Numbered from the stretch's first letter, positions 1 through 9,471 are shown. The stretch is DNA of 64,000 bases from Candidatus Magasanikiibacteriota bacterium (GCA_041674805.1 JBAYVA010000003.1:27029-91028), one strand, 5' to 3'. Numbers and translations are program-made. The notes: generated by a model not told the origin, from the letters alone.

Positions 1-1320
1 AGCAATACTGCCCAATCTTTTTTTGTTTACTACAATAAAAATGACTCCGAAACTTCTGTCGGTGGAAAAGCTGTCGCCAATATGAACTCACCAAAAGTAA
101 AGGTGGTAGCAACTACAGGTATCAGCCATGCTCAAGTTTTGAGTAAATGTTTTATAGATCATATCAACAATTCTCTTTGTGCAGGCAAAGGCGAAATAAT
201 GACTTCAGCCAAAATAACTACAGCCAATACTACAGCTTCACAAAATATTACAAAAAATAATATAGTAGCCAATGATCTAGAAATTTTACAACCAGATTTG
301 AAAATAAAGATACCTGGTGTCAATTTTTCTGAAGTAAATATAGACCAAATGAAAAGTACAGATAGTCTTGGTAATACCTGGCTAAACATTCCTTTTTTGG
401 GTGAATACATTGCCACAGTATATAAATATAGTATTGTTGTTATTTCTCTATTAGCTGTCATAGTCATTATCATAAGTGGCATAACTATAGTCGCAAGCGG
501 AGGCAACACTGATATACTAAATACAGCAAAAAAAAGAATTGTCGCTAGTGTTATAAGTATTATCGTCGCCACTACTTCTTACACCCTACTCTATCTAATA
601 AATCCCAACTTAGTAAATTTCAAAAGTTTAAAAATATTATATATAGCCTCAAAAGAATATCCAATAGAAGAAAATGAATACAATCAAATAGAAGCAGGTA
701 AAAAAATTACCATCAAAGAAGGTTGTGACATAATCTCCCCTACTTGGGACGAAAATTCCTTCAACTGTAGTCTATGGAATGCTGATAATGACAATTATCC
801 TGCAATGGGTGTTATAGAAGATAAATGTCTAGTAGAATATTCTTGTGAAAATATTTACGAAGATCTAAAAAATAAAAAACTAGCAAACATAAAAACTATA
901 GCCGAAATGGAAAAACCACTGTGCCAAGTAGCTCAATTGGCCAAACAAGCAGGTTACCAACTTGTTTTGACAACTTCTTTTAGAAAATTTAAAGATCAAG
1001 CAAATTCTTGGTGTACTTCTAAGTATCCTATCAACCAAAGAAGATCTTACAATGCTCTACCTGGCGGATCCAATCACGGACAAGGCATCGCAGTAGATCT
1101 TTTGCTAGCACAAAATTTCAAAGCACTAATGACTATCGATAGTAAAAAAATGTGTAATGTAGATGCACAACATATCAAATTGTTAGCAGACTTCTTGTAT
1201 CAAGCTGATCCAAAATTTGTGAGACTAGAAACAGAAATTTGGCATTTTGAATATAATACAGGCAAGCAAGCACTACGTGGTAAGTATGATTCTTATCCCG
1301 AAGCCAAAAATTGTAAATAA
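1..1320 (+). CDS. 5'-partial CPR-type pilin (two-TM) protein fused to a C-terminal M15-family (VanY-like D-Ala-D-Ala carboxypeptidase/LAS) peptidase domain
   Basis: Frame is open from base 1. Pilin-like segment SGITIVASGG..AKKRI..SYTLLYLINP; M15 motifs SFR..DQ, PGGSNHGQGIAVD, ExWHFEY. Confidence 0.75.
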   Translation, partial: SNTAQSFFVYYNKNDSETSVGGKAVANMNSPKVKVVATTGISHAQVLSKCFIDHINNSLCAGKGEIMTSAKITTANTTASQNITKNNIVANDLEILQPDLKIKIPGVNFSEVNIDQMKSTDSLGNTWLNIPFLGEYIATVYKYSIVVISLLAVIVIIISGITIVASGGNTDILNTAKKRIVASVISIIVATTSYTLLYLINPNLVNFKSLKILYIASKEYPIEENEYNQIEAGKKITIKEGCDIISPTWDENSFNCSLWNADNDNYPAMGVIEDKCLVEYSCENIYEDLKNKKLANIKTIAEMEKPLCQVAQLAKQAGYQLVLTTSFRKFKDQANSWCTSKYPINQRRSYNALPGGSNHGQGIAVDLLLAQNFKALMTIDSKKMCNVDAQHIKLLADFLYQADPKFVRLETEIWHFEYNTGKQALRGKYDSYPEAKNCK

Positions 1321-1325
1321 TTTTT

Positions 1326-2687
1326 ATGAAAAACGAATCTCAAACTTTCTTTATCTGTTCCAAATGTGACGCCCAATTTACCAAATGGTCTGGACGTTGT
1401 CTTGAATGTGGTTCTTGGGGTACAGTAAAAGAAGAAGAAAAAACTATTGATAAAAAAGAAAAAGCTAAAGCAAATTACAAAGCAACCGAAATAAAAAGTT
1501 TGTCACAAATTAGTAAACAAGAATTACAAAGAATCACTACCAAAATCTCAGAACTCGATAGAGTTCTCGGTAGTAGTGATACAACCGGACAAAACGCAGG
1601 CTTTGTTCCAGGTAGTCTTGTTCTTCTTGGTGGCGAACCTGGCATTGGTAAATCCACACTTTCTATTCAACTGGCTTCTCTCATCTCCCCTACTATTTAT
1701 ATTTCAGGTGAAGAATCTGTCGAGCAAATCAAGATGCGCGCCGACAGACTAAAAATAAAATCTGACAAACTATTTCTTGCCAACGAAACTAATATTGAAA
1801 CTATTTGCGCGACAATTGAAAAAGCCAAACCAACTATGGTTATTATTGATAGTATACAAACTATTTATTCAGAAGAAGTAGAAGGTGAACCAGGCAATAT
1901 CAACCAAATCCGCGCTTGTACTGCCAAACTACTCGAAGTAGCCAAAGCAACCAACACCACGATTATAATCATCGGACATGTCACCAAAGAAGGCACTGTT
2001 GCTGGTCCCAGAACTCTTGAGCACATGGTAGATACTGTACTTTATCTAGAAGGCGATAGACATCATAGTTATAGAATTCTTCGTACTGTCAAAAATCGTT
2101 TTGGTGCCACCGACGAAGTAGGAATTTTTGAGATGAATGAACTAGGTTTGCAAGCAGTCAAAAATCCTTCGGCATGTTTCTTGGAAGAACGCGAAGACAA
2201 TTCTCCAGGTAGTGTCATCACTTGTCTCATGGAAGGCACTAGACCAATGCTGATTGAAATCCAAGCATTAGTCAACAAAACTAGTTTTGGTTTTCCTGTC
2301 CGCAAAGCTAGTGGTTTTGATTTGAATAGATTACACGTTTTGACCGCTGTGCTACAAAAACGTGCTGGCCTCAATCTTGGTCAATATGACATTCATGTCA
2401 ATGTTGTAGGAGGTATTAGAGCCAGTGAACCAGCTGCTGACTTGGCCGTATGCCTCGCTATCGCCAGCTCATTTAAAGACAAAGAACTTGGCAAAGATTT
2501 AGTCGTATTTGGTGAAGTCGGTCTTGGTGGCGAAGTCCGTAGTATCGCCCAATTGGAAAAAAGAATCAAAGAAAGTCATGGACTTGGTATGAAAAGGGTC
2601 ATCACTCACTTAGGAAAAAATAAAAACAAAACTGATATCAAAATTATCGATGTGAAGAATATTGCGGAGTTGATAAGACAGACTTAA
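1326..2687 (+). CDS. radA: DNA repair protein RadA/Sms
   Basis: N-terminal C4 zinc finger, Walker A GEPGIGKS, KNRFG motif, Lon-like C-terminus. Confidence 0.97.
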   Translation: MKNESQTFFICSKCDAQFTKWSGRCLECGSWGTVKEEEKTIDKKEKAKANYKATEIKSLSQISKQELQRITTKISELDRVLGSSDTTGQNAGFVPGSLVLLGGEPGIGKSTLSIQLASLISPTIYISGEESVEQIKMRADRLKIKSDKLFLANETNIETICATIEKAKPTMVIIDSIQTIYSEEVEGEPGNINQIRACTAKLLEVAKATNTTIIIIGHVTKEGTVAGPRTLEHMVDTVLYLEGDRHHSYRILRTVKNRFGATDEVGIFEMNELGLQAVKNPSACFLEEREDNSPGSVITCLMEGTRPMLIEIQALVNKTSFGFPVRKASGFDLNRLHVLTAVLQKRAGLNLGQYDIHVNVVGGIRASEPAADLAVCLAIASSFKDKELGKDLVVFGEVGLGGEVRSIAQLEKRIKESHGLGMKRVITHLGKNKNKTDIKIIDVKNIAELIRQT

Positions 2688-2689
2688 AA

Positions 2690-2803
2690 ATACCAAAAAT
2701 GCTTGAAAGGCCTGAAAAGCCAGAAAGGCTTAAAAGGTTCCTCTATCAAAAATTAAGTTGATAAAAAAATGTTACGTTCCACATTCCTCATTCCCCATTC
2801 CAC
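2690..2803. repeat. Degenerate tandem repeats: 9-mer (aaaggcttg-like) and 7-mer (attcctc-like)
   Basis: aatgcttgaaaggcctgaaaagccagaaaggcttaaaagg and gttccacattcctcattccccattccaca. Confidence 0.7.
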
Positions 2804-2836
2804 AAAAAAACACTCCGCTTTTCAGCAGAGTGTTTT
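2804..2836 (-). terminator. Intrinsic terminator (may be bidirectional with radA)
   Basis: Minus strand aaaacactctgc-tgaaaa-gcggagtgttttttt. Confidence 0.8.
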
Positions 2837-2845
2837 ATTTTTAGA

Positions 2846-3230
2846 AGACAACCACTCGTTTAAGGTTTTCACCTTGCTTTGCCTTCAATCCAGACTAAGT
2901 CGGGATTAAAAATAAAGCGAGGTGCGAATGGTTGTCTGAGGAACAATGAATGTAGCGGACGGCCACCCGCTCCTCGGCCCCGACCGCGTTCAACCGCGAC
3001 GGGACACTCCGGCGGCGGCGCGAGCCACCGCCAACTCGAGACAGTCAGGGTTCAGAGCCCCCAGCTCGAGGAGACCATGCCGTCCGGTTTGGTACCAGAC
3101 AACAGGCACTCGAATGACTCGGCCAGACCCTTTACGGGCCCCGCCGAAGTCTGCCTCAATTTTATCACCATTGAATTTTTTTACTACTTTCAAGTTCTTC
3201 CCTCCGCCGGCCAAGATAGCCAGCATTTCT
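2846..3230 (-). ncRNA. Candidate GC-rich structured RNA (or structured small-ORF mRNA), family not recognised
   Basis: GC island with consecutive hairpins, lying between a sigma70-like promoter and a terminator. Confidence 0.45.
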
Positions 3231-3236
3231 AAAAGA

Positions 3237-3292
3237 AACATAGCACAAAAACAAAAAAAGTCAAGTATCCAACCTGGATAACTGACTTTTTT
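3237..3292 (-). promoter_or_regulatory. sigma70-like promoter TTGACT-16-TATGTT whose -35 lies inside the terminator hairpin of the upstream gene
   Basis: -35 at 3259-3264, -10 at 3237-3242 with upstream TG; hairpin aaaaaagtca..tatcca..tggata..tgactttttt. Confidence 0.55.
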
Positions 3293-3306
3293 ATTTTTTG
3301 TAAATC

Positions 3307-5649
3307 TTATTTTTTTACACCATTTTTCTTATTTTGAGTATGTGATCCTCTCAAATTATGCATCACATTACCATAAATAGCTGTCGGAAACAACAATTCA
3401 AGTACAGATTGAAAACCTTTGGAAGCCATCAAACGATCAAAATAATAACGTTTGTCATCTTCTTCTTTTTGTTTTTTCCAGAAAAAAGCAGTCTTATCAG
3501 CTGAAGGTGTATACACTTGTACTTCTTCATAACGTACTTCACCATTATCATCAGTATGCTTGATATAAAATTTAGCAAGTCTAATATCACCACCACCAGC
3601 AGCCCCTTTACTAGAAAATTTTTCTCCTTTCATAGGTGTTGGAGTATAAGATATTATTTGCACACCAGGCTGACCACTCATATGTTCTATAATATCTAAC
3701 ACAGGATCCATATCCGTGTAGGCTTTCAATCGTCCATCTATACGCAAATTCCTTGTACCAATATTTCTAATATAACTAAATGATTTTGGATCACTTGGAT
3801 TACTAGCTATTACCAAAGCCCTTCCAAAAATGTCTATTACTCTTCTAGGGTCATCATATCCTCTTTCTATCATTTTTCTATATAATGAATCTCTATCTTT
3901 AGTTCTACCCATTGTCTGTATCAAATATTTATCTTTCAAATTAGGAGCTTTTAATCTTCTCATACCAATTTTAGAACTTTCTTCATCTTCTATTGTATAT
4001 ATTTTTACATCTTGTAAATTTTTATTTTCATCAACAACATCTTTTGTCCAAATAAACTGTTGTGGTGGAGACATGAAATCGTTCCATAATTTATTAATAG
4101 GGCCCTTCGTAACTCTTTCTACAACACGATCATAATATTCATCAGTAGCAGTGTACAAATCTAATAAAGACAATTGACGTCTAGCTTCAAAAACTTGACG
4201 TTTTTTTTCTAATTTCATTTCTTCTGTACTATCAAAATTATCTTTCCAAGAATTGTCCCCAAATGGAAAAGCGCGTCTAATTAATTGTCCCAAAGAAGCG
4301 TCTGATACTTCATCAGTAGTCTCTACTGAATTACCATAATGATTATTATCATTACCGTTAATTCTTGGCGAAATGGCCTTTTGCACTAAATTTCTTAAAA
4401 AAACATTTATATTTTGTAATCTTGTATTTACATTTTCTTCGTTTATACCAAAAGACTCACAAAAAATTGATGCCAACAATTCATCAGGTAGATCTTTCAA
4501 AGCACCCAATTTTTTTCTCAAATCTTTTTTTTGATAAGCTGGTCCATTTCCTTTGTCTTTATCATCTGTCAATGCTTCTATAAACTTTTGTAATTTATCT
4601 AAAAAATGAGCTACTTTGTGATTTTTCTTTGCTATATCAAAAAAAACATCATAATCACCTTGTGTTTCTAACAAAGCATAAATAGTATGCAAGGCAGATT
4701 CTATATTAGATTCTTGTTTGGCAGGTCCCACTAATTCTTCTTCCAAATTACTAACTTCTATAGCAGTTTTGAAAGCTGACCAAAAATCATCATCACCATA
4801 ATGTGATTTCATCAAAGTACAAATATTTTGAAATTCTATTTGATGATTAAAAAAATTTGATGCTTGCAAAAATTTGTCAAAAGCAGAATCTATTTCTTTA
4901 CCACAAGGCTTTATCTGTGACAGATATTCATACAAAAGTTTTATTATAGATTGTCTTTTTTCAAGTTCTGCACTTTGAGATTTGTCAGCCAACTCGAAAA
5001 ATACATCGACAGCTTTTCTTTTATTTTCACCATCACGTAACACTTTTTCATCTTCTTTTTCGGACAAACGAAGATTACCCAATAATTCAACTTTTTTACC
5101 ATCTGAAAATTCTCCTTTGTCAGCATAAAGACTAGCCATCATCGACAAATCAAGATTATGAAATTTTTTTATTTTGTCTTCTTCTGGATCAATAGGGAAA
5201 GCTGTATTTGTTGGCAAAATTTTTGCAAAAAATAATTTTTGTTTTATATCTACATTTCCATTTTTTGTATCCAAAGTATAATCAATATTATGATCAAACT
5301 CTTGCAAACCCAAAACACGTAAATGTGTTTCTTCCAATACTTCACGCATAGCTGCAGCATGATATGTCTTATCAGTTTCGTCAACTTTTCCACCAACTGG
5401 CATTACTTGCCCAGAATTTTGCACACTTATACTATCTTTTTCTGCCCAAACAATAGTATTGAAAAGAAGACGTGTGAAATCAAAAGGTTTTTCTAGAGGT
5501 TTTTCTGATGTCTTTTCCTCTTGCATCTTTTGAATAATCTCCCACATTTCCTCCACAGATCTAGATTGCGCCAAAAAAACACGCACAACTTCTCTAGTTT
5601 CTTTTTCTTTAGAAGGTTCTTTTATTTCTGGTCTTAATACTTCTCCCAT
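3307..5649 (-). CDS. NUDIX hydrolase domain fused to a C-terminal RelA/SpoT-synthetase-like nucleotidyltransferase domain
   Basis: Nudix box GGKVDETDKTYHAAAMREVLEETHL; GRTKDRDSLYRKM..DIFGR..EEVQ; start moved to ATG 5649. Confidence 0.65.
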   Translation of the reverse strand: MGEVLRPEIKEPSKEKETREVVRVFLAQSRSVEEMWEIIQKMQEEKTSEKPLEKPFDFTRLLFNTIVWAEKDSISVQNSGQVMPVGGKVDETDKTYHAAAMREVLEETHLRVLGLQEFDHNIDYTLDTKNGNVDIKQKLFFAKILPTNTAFPIDPEEDKIKKFHNLDLSMMASLYADKGEFSDGKKVELLGNLRLSEKEDEKVLRDGENKRKAVDVFFELADKSQSAELEKRQSIIKLLYEYLSQIKPCGKEIDSAFDKFLQASNFFNHQIEFQNICTLMKSHYGDDDFWSAFKTAIEVSNLEEELVGPAKQESNIESALHTIYALLETQGDYDVFFDIAKKNHKVAHFLDKLQKFIEALTDDKDKGNGPAYQKKDLRKKLGALKDLPDELLASIFCESFGINEENVNTRLQNINVFLRNLVQKAISPRINGNDNNHYGNSVETTDEVSDASLGQLIRRAFPFGDNSWKDNFDSTEEMKLEKKRQVFEARRQLSLLDLYTATDEYYDRVVERVTKGPINKLWNDFMSPPQQFIWTKDVVDENKNLQDVKIYTIEDEESSKIGMRRLKAPNLKDKYLIQTMGRTKDRDSLYRKMIERGYDDPRRVIDIFGRALVIASNPSDPKSFSYIRNIGTRNLRIDGRLKAYTDMDPVLDIIEHMSGQPGVQIISYTPTPMKGEKFSSKGAAGGGDIRLAKFYIKHTDDNGEVRYEEVQVYTPSADKTAFFWKKQKEEDDKRYYFDRLMASKGFQSVLELLFPTAIYGNVMHNLRGSHTQNKKNGVKK

Positions 5650-5683
5650 AAATATAACTAAATAATAATTTATAAATAAATTA

Positions 5684-5826
5684 AAATAACTAAATCCAAA
5701 TTTCAAATCAATAACAAATATCAAATTTTTTGATATTAATTCATTTAAATTTTGTTTGATATTTGGATTTTAAAATTTAGATTTTTTATTTTATCATTCC
5801 ACATTCCCCGTTCCTCATTCCTCATT
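5684..5826. repeat. Inverted heptamer repeat array plus attcctc heptamer tract
   Basis: aaatccaaat/atttggattt and caaatatcaaa/tttgatatttg inverted pairs; attccacattccccgttcctcattcctcatt. Confidence 0.7.
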
Positions 5827-8000
5827 TATTCCAAATGTACACTCTTCTCCCACTCCCCCACTTTTTTCTTCAAACTAGGATATTTATCAAAATCCATACC
5901 ACGAGCCACATCACGAGCCAACTTAATAATATCATTATCTTTCATTGTTGCCAACTTCAAGTTCATCATACCACTTTGTGAAGTACCATAGACTGCACCA
6001 GGACCACGTACCTGCAAGTCATATTCCGCCAAAGCAAAGCCATCACTAGTATTCTCAAAAAATTCCAAACGTTCCTTACTTTTGGCAGAATTCTTGGCAG
6101 TAAACAGAAAACAATAAGATTGGTGACTACTTCTACCTACACGACCACGAAATTGATGAAGCTGAGCTAGCCCAAAATATTCCGCTCCTTCTATCATCAT
6201 CACACTAGCATTGGGAATATTTACTCCAACTTCGACAACAGAGGTAGAAACCAAAATGTCTATTTTGCCACTAGAAAAATCTTGCATAATTTCGTCTTTT
6301 TCAGCCGATTTCATTTTGCCATGCAAATAATCTACTTTGAGATCTGGAAATATTTTTTTGCTCAATTTTTCAAACTCTGCCAAAACTGATTTCTTTTCTT
6401 GACTACCAGTAAAACTATAATTTATTATTTCTATTTCATTTTCATCTTTTTCTTTTTCTTCAATCAACGGACAAATTACAAAGACTTGTCTTCCTTGCTT
6501 CACTTGTTCGCGAATAAAATCATAAGCTTTTTGTCTGTTACTATCTTCAACTAATCTTGTCTTAATTACTTTTCTGTCTTTTGGCATTTGCTTGATAATA
6601 GACAAATCCAAATCTCCATACATAGTAAGAGCAAAAGAACGTGGAATCGGCGTCGCGGTCATAGACAAGAAGTGAGGTGTGGTTTTCTTGTTGCCACTTT
6701 TTTCTTTGATTGTTTTTCTCTGCTCAACACCAAATCTATGTTGTTCATCGACAATGACTAATGCTAAATCTTTGAACTTTATTTTGTCAGACAATAAAGC
6801 ATGTGTACCAATGATAACATTCATTTCACCTAATTCTATTTTCTCTGATATTTCTTTCAAAGACAAACTATGTTTTTCAACATTATCTCCACCCATCTCT
6901 ATTTTATCTCTATTTATCTCTTTATCTTTATTTACAAATCTCATCGATCTAGTTAAAAGACAAACTCCAATATCATGCTCACTAAAAAGTGAAGTAAATG
7001 ATTCAAAATGTTGCTTTGCCAAAACTTCTGTCGGCGCCATAATAGCTACTTGATAATTATTGACTACCGTGTTCAAAGCTACCATCGCGGCTACGATTGT
7101 TTTTCCAGAGCCAACATCACCTTCTAGCAATCTATTCATTGGCGTGTTTTTTTCTAAATCTTGTATAATTTCCCAACTAGCAACTTTTTGATCACGAGTA
7201 AGTTCAAAAGGCAAAGAAGCTACAAAATCTTTGATAGTCTGTTCACTAAATTTTATTTTTGAAGCTTTGGAAACTTTGATAGCCTGACGCAACATCTCAG
7301 CACGCAATTGCAAAATAAATAACTCATCAAACTTGAGACGTTTTTGTGCAAATTTTATCTCATCTAAATTTTCAGGAAAATGTATAGCTCGGATAGCTTC
7401 ATTTAGTCCCATCACATCAGCCACGTCACGCACATCTTCTGGTACCCAATCCACTATATCTTCAATATAGTGAATAGCCTGACTCATAATAAAACGCAAT
7501 TGTTTTTGAGTAATTCCTGCTGTCAACGGATACATCGGCACAATCCTAGCCGTATTATTTGTACCCACATTCCTCATTCCTCCTTCCTCATTCCTCACTC
7601 TATCATAACTCGGGCTAACCATTTGTAAACCAAACATATCTGACTTCACTTTACCAGAAAAATATAATTCATCACCCACATGCAAAGTTTTACTAATAAA
7701 AGGCTGACCAAACCAGACAATTCGCAATCTTTCTTTACCATCAAAAACCAAAGCTTCTGTGATAAGTTTCCTACTTCTATGACTTCTTTTGGTATTTATC
7801 AATTCTATTTTAGCTTTGATAGTTACTTCTTGTCCTGTTTGCAAATTACTAATATCCAAAATTTCACTATAATCTTCATAACGAAACGGAAAATAAAACA
7901 ACAAATCTTCAATAGTTTCAATGCCAAGATAAGACAATCTTTTTTCAAGAGTCTTCCCTATTTTGTTTAGTTTGTTTACCTTAGTTTTTAGACCATTCAT
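5826..8000 (-). CDS. recG: ATP-dependent DNA helicase RecG
   Basis: Wedge/OB domain, GDVGSGKT, DEQHRFG, TATPIPR, QFRGRVGR. Confidence 0.97.
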   Translation of the reverse strand: MNGLKTKVNKLNKIGKTLEKRLSYLGIETIEDLLFYFPFRYEDYSEILDISNLQTGQEVTIKAKIELINTKRSHRSRKLITEALVFDGKERLRIVWFGQPFISKTLHVGDELYFSGKVKSDMFGLQMVSPSYDRVRNEEGGMRNVGTNNTARIVPMYPLTAGITQKQLRFIMSQAIHYIEDIVDWVPEDVRDVADVMGLNEAIRAIHFPENLDEIKFAQKRLKFDELFILQLRAEMLRQAIKVSKASKIKFSEQTIKDFVASLPFELTRDQKVASWEIIQDLEKNTPMNRLLEGDVGSGKTIVAAMVALNTVVNNYQVAIMAPTEVLAKQHFESFTSLFSEHDIGVCLLTRSMRFVNKDKEINRDKIEMGGDNVEKHSLSLKEISEKIELGEMNVIIGTHALLSDKIKFKDLALVIVDEQHRFGVEQRKTIKEKSGNKKTTPHFLSMTATPIPRSFALTMYGDLDLSIIKQMPKDRKVIKTRLVEDSNRQKAYDFIREQVKQGRQVFVICPLIEEKEKDENEIEIINYSFTGSQEKKSVLAEFEKLSKKIFPDLKVDYLHGKMKSAEKDEIMQDFSSGKIDILVSTSVVEVGVNIPNASVMMIEGAEYFGLAQLHQFRGRVGRSSHQSYCFLFTAKNSAKSKERLEFFENTSDGFALAEYDLQVRGPGAVYGTSQSGMMNLKLATMKDNDIIKLARDVARGMDFDKYPSLKKKVGEWEKSVHLE

Positions 8001-8114
8001 ATTTATAGTTCCTAGTTCAGAGTTCTTAGTTCAAAGTTGTTATTTCTCATTTTCTATTTGTTAGTCCCCAAATATATTGTATCAAAAAACTCCCTCTTTG
8101 GGGAGTGTGCTTTG

Positions 8115-8186
8115 TGCTCTCGCTAAGAATCGAACTTAGATTATCAGTTCCGCAAACTGATGTCCTATCCATTGAACGACGGGAGC
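8115..8186 (-). tRNA. tRNA-Arg(GCG)
   Basis: Cloverleaf GCTCCCG..TCAGT-TTGCGGA-ACTGA..CTAAG-TTCGATT-CTTAG-CGAGAGC-A; CCA not encoded. Confidence 0.9.
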
Positions 8187-8206
8187 CTTTCTAAAATTAT
8201 GGAAGG

Positions 8207-8235
8207 ATTATAATACAAAATTGTGATTTTGTCAA
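8207..8235 (-). promoter_or_regulatory. Consensus sigma70 promoter of tRNA-Arg
   Basis: TTGACA-17-TATAAT. Confidence 0.85.
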
Positions 8236-8251
8236 TAAAAAACAGCTAAAT

Positions 8252-8758
8252 CTAAAAAATTCGCCATCTTCTAGATATCATATCTGTAATAGGTTCTTCT
8301 TCCTTTTCTAGGTTTTCATCAATAAAAGAACGCAAAGTCATACGAATTTCATTTGGATCCATATCCATCAGAGGTATACGCAAAATAGGGCTAAAAGAAG
8401 ACAAACTTTCTATATACAAATTTTTTACAACTTCTTGTGGATTGTAAATAATATAAAAATCTTTCAATTCAGAATAAACATAAAATCTATCATTGACGAT
8501 TACTCCCAAATCAGTAATACGAAAAGGAATAATAATAGGATCTTGTTGTGATTGCAAAAAAATAATAACAGCAAACAAAACCAAAACCAAAGAAAACAAA
8601 AAACTCGCACTAAGTAAAGAATATATCAAAAAAATACCTCCCAAAACACCCATAAAAATATACCAGAATTTACTTCTTGTATATTTTTCATATTCCGCAA
8701 TACTCCACTCGTGTAATATTTCACCAATGTTTGGATTTTCTTCTAATTTTTTTGGCAT
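8252..8758 (-). CDS. CPR-conserved membrane protein (DUF5673-like, two TM helices plus PH-like domain)
   Basis: W..EY..Y.R...WY, two TM helices, F.ITD.GV.V.D..Y.YSEL. Confidence 0.6.
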   Translation of the reverse strand: MPKKLEENPNIGEILHEWSIAEYEKYTRSKFWYIFMGVLGGIFLIYSLLSASFLFSLVLVLFAVIIFLQSQQDPIIIPFRITDLGVIVNDRFYVYSELKDFYIIYNPQEVVKNLYIESLSSFSPILRIPLMDMDPNEIRMTLRSFIDENLEKEEEPITDMISRRWRIF

Positions 8759-8980
8759 ACTTTTTTATATAAAGTTATATACATATAATAGCATATTTAT
8801 TTTTTTTAGTCTATATATATTTTTAAAAAAAATCTAAAATCCTAAATCAAAAATCTAAATTATAATCAACTACCCCGCAGTCCCGACAAACTCAGGATTA
8901 AAATAATTTACTTATGATTTTAGATTCACAATAAAAAAACCTCCCAATAAAGAGAGGTCTTTTAAAATTTGAAATAACTA

Positions 8981-9319
8981 TTAGATATCTAGGTTGTCGA
9001 TAGCACTAGTATCAATATCATCATGACTATTACTACTACTTGTTGATGATGATTCAGGTCTACGGTGTTGTGAACCTTCTGGTTCGTTAATTTTTAAGTT
9101 TACAAGGGCATTGTTCTTAGCGCCAACAACTTTCAATAAAGTGCGGATAGCACGAACAGTGTTTCCACGTCTACCAATGACATAACCAATGTCAGTTGGA
9201 TTAAGATCCAAAGTGATAAGAACACCACGTTCATCTACTGTACGGGTAACTTTTACTTCTTCTGGATTGTTTACAATCGCCTTAACGACGAATTCGATAA
9301 ATTCTTGATCTTGTACCAT
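8981..9319 (-). CDS. khpA: KH-domain RNA-binding protein KhpA
   Basis: VKAIVNNPEEV..DIGYVIGRRGNTVRAIRTLL. Confidence 0.85.
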   Translation of the reverse strand: MVQDQEFIEFVVKAIVNNPEEVKVTRTVDERGVLITLDLNPTDIGYVIGRRGNTVRAIRTLLKVVGAKNNALVNLKINEPEGSQHRRPESSSTSSSNSHDDIDTSAIDNLDI

Positions 9320-9471
9320 ATCTTTTCAATATTACATAATAAATAAACTCATCCGCGGTAAACTGACTAAACAGTATAGGCTAAAAGCCTACTTATATGT
9401 CTTTTGCGGACATAAATCTACGATAATTTACAAACTTTCTCGACTAAAAGAATGCTCAAAACCGTGAAAAT

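Noticed and set aside
2846-3230. RNase P RNA, tmRNA or SRP RNA identity
   Set aside because: No GAGGAAAGTCC, no tRNA-like ends, no TCAGG..GGAA..AGCAG motif
2879-3281. Plus-strand ORFs of 117 and 111 aa over the GC island
   Set aside because: Pro/Arg-rich, no promoter or RBS on that strand; expected by-product of high GC
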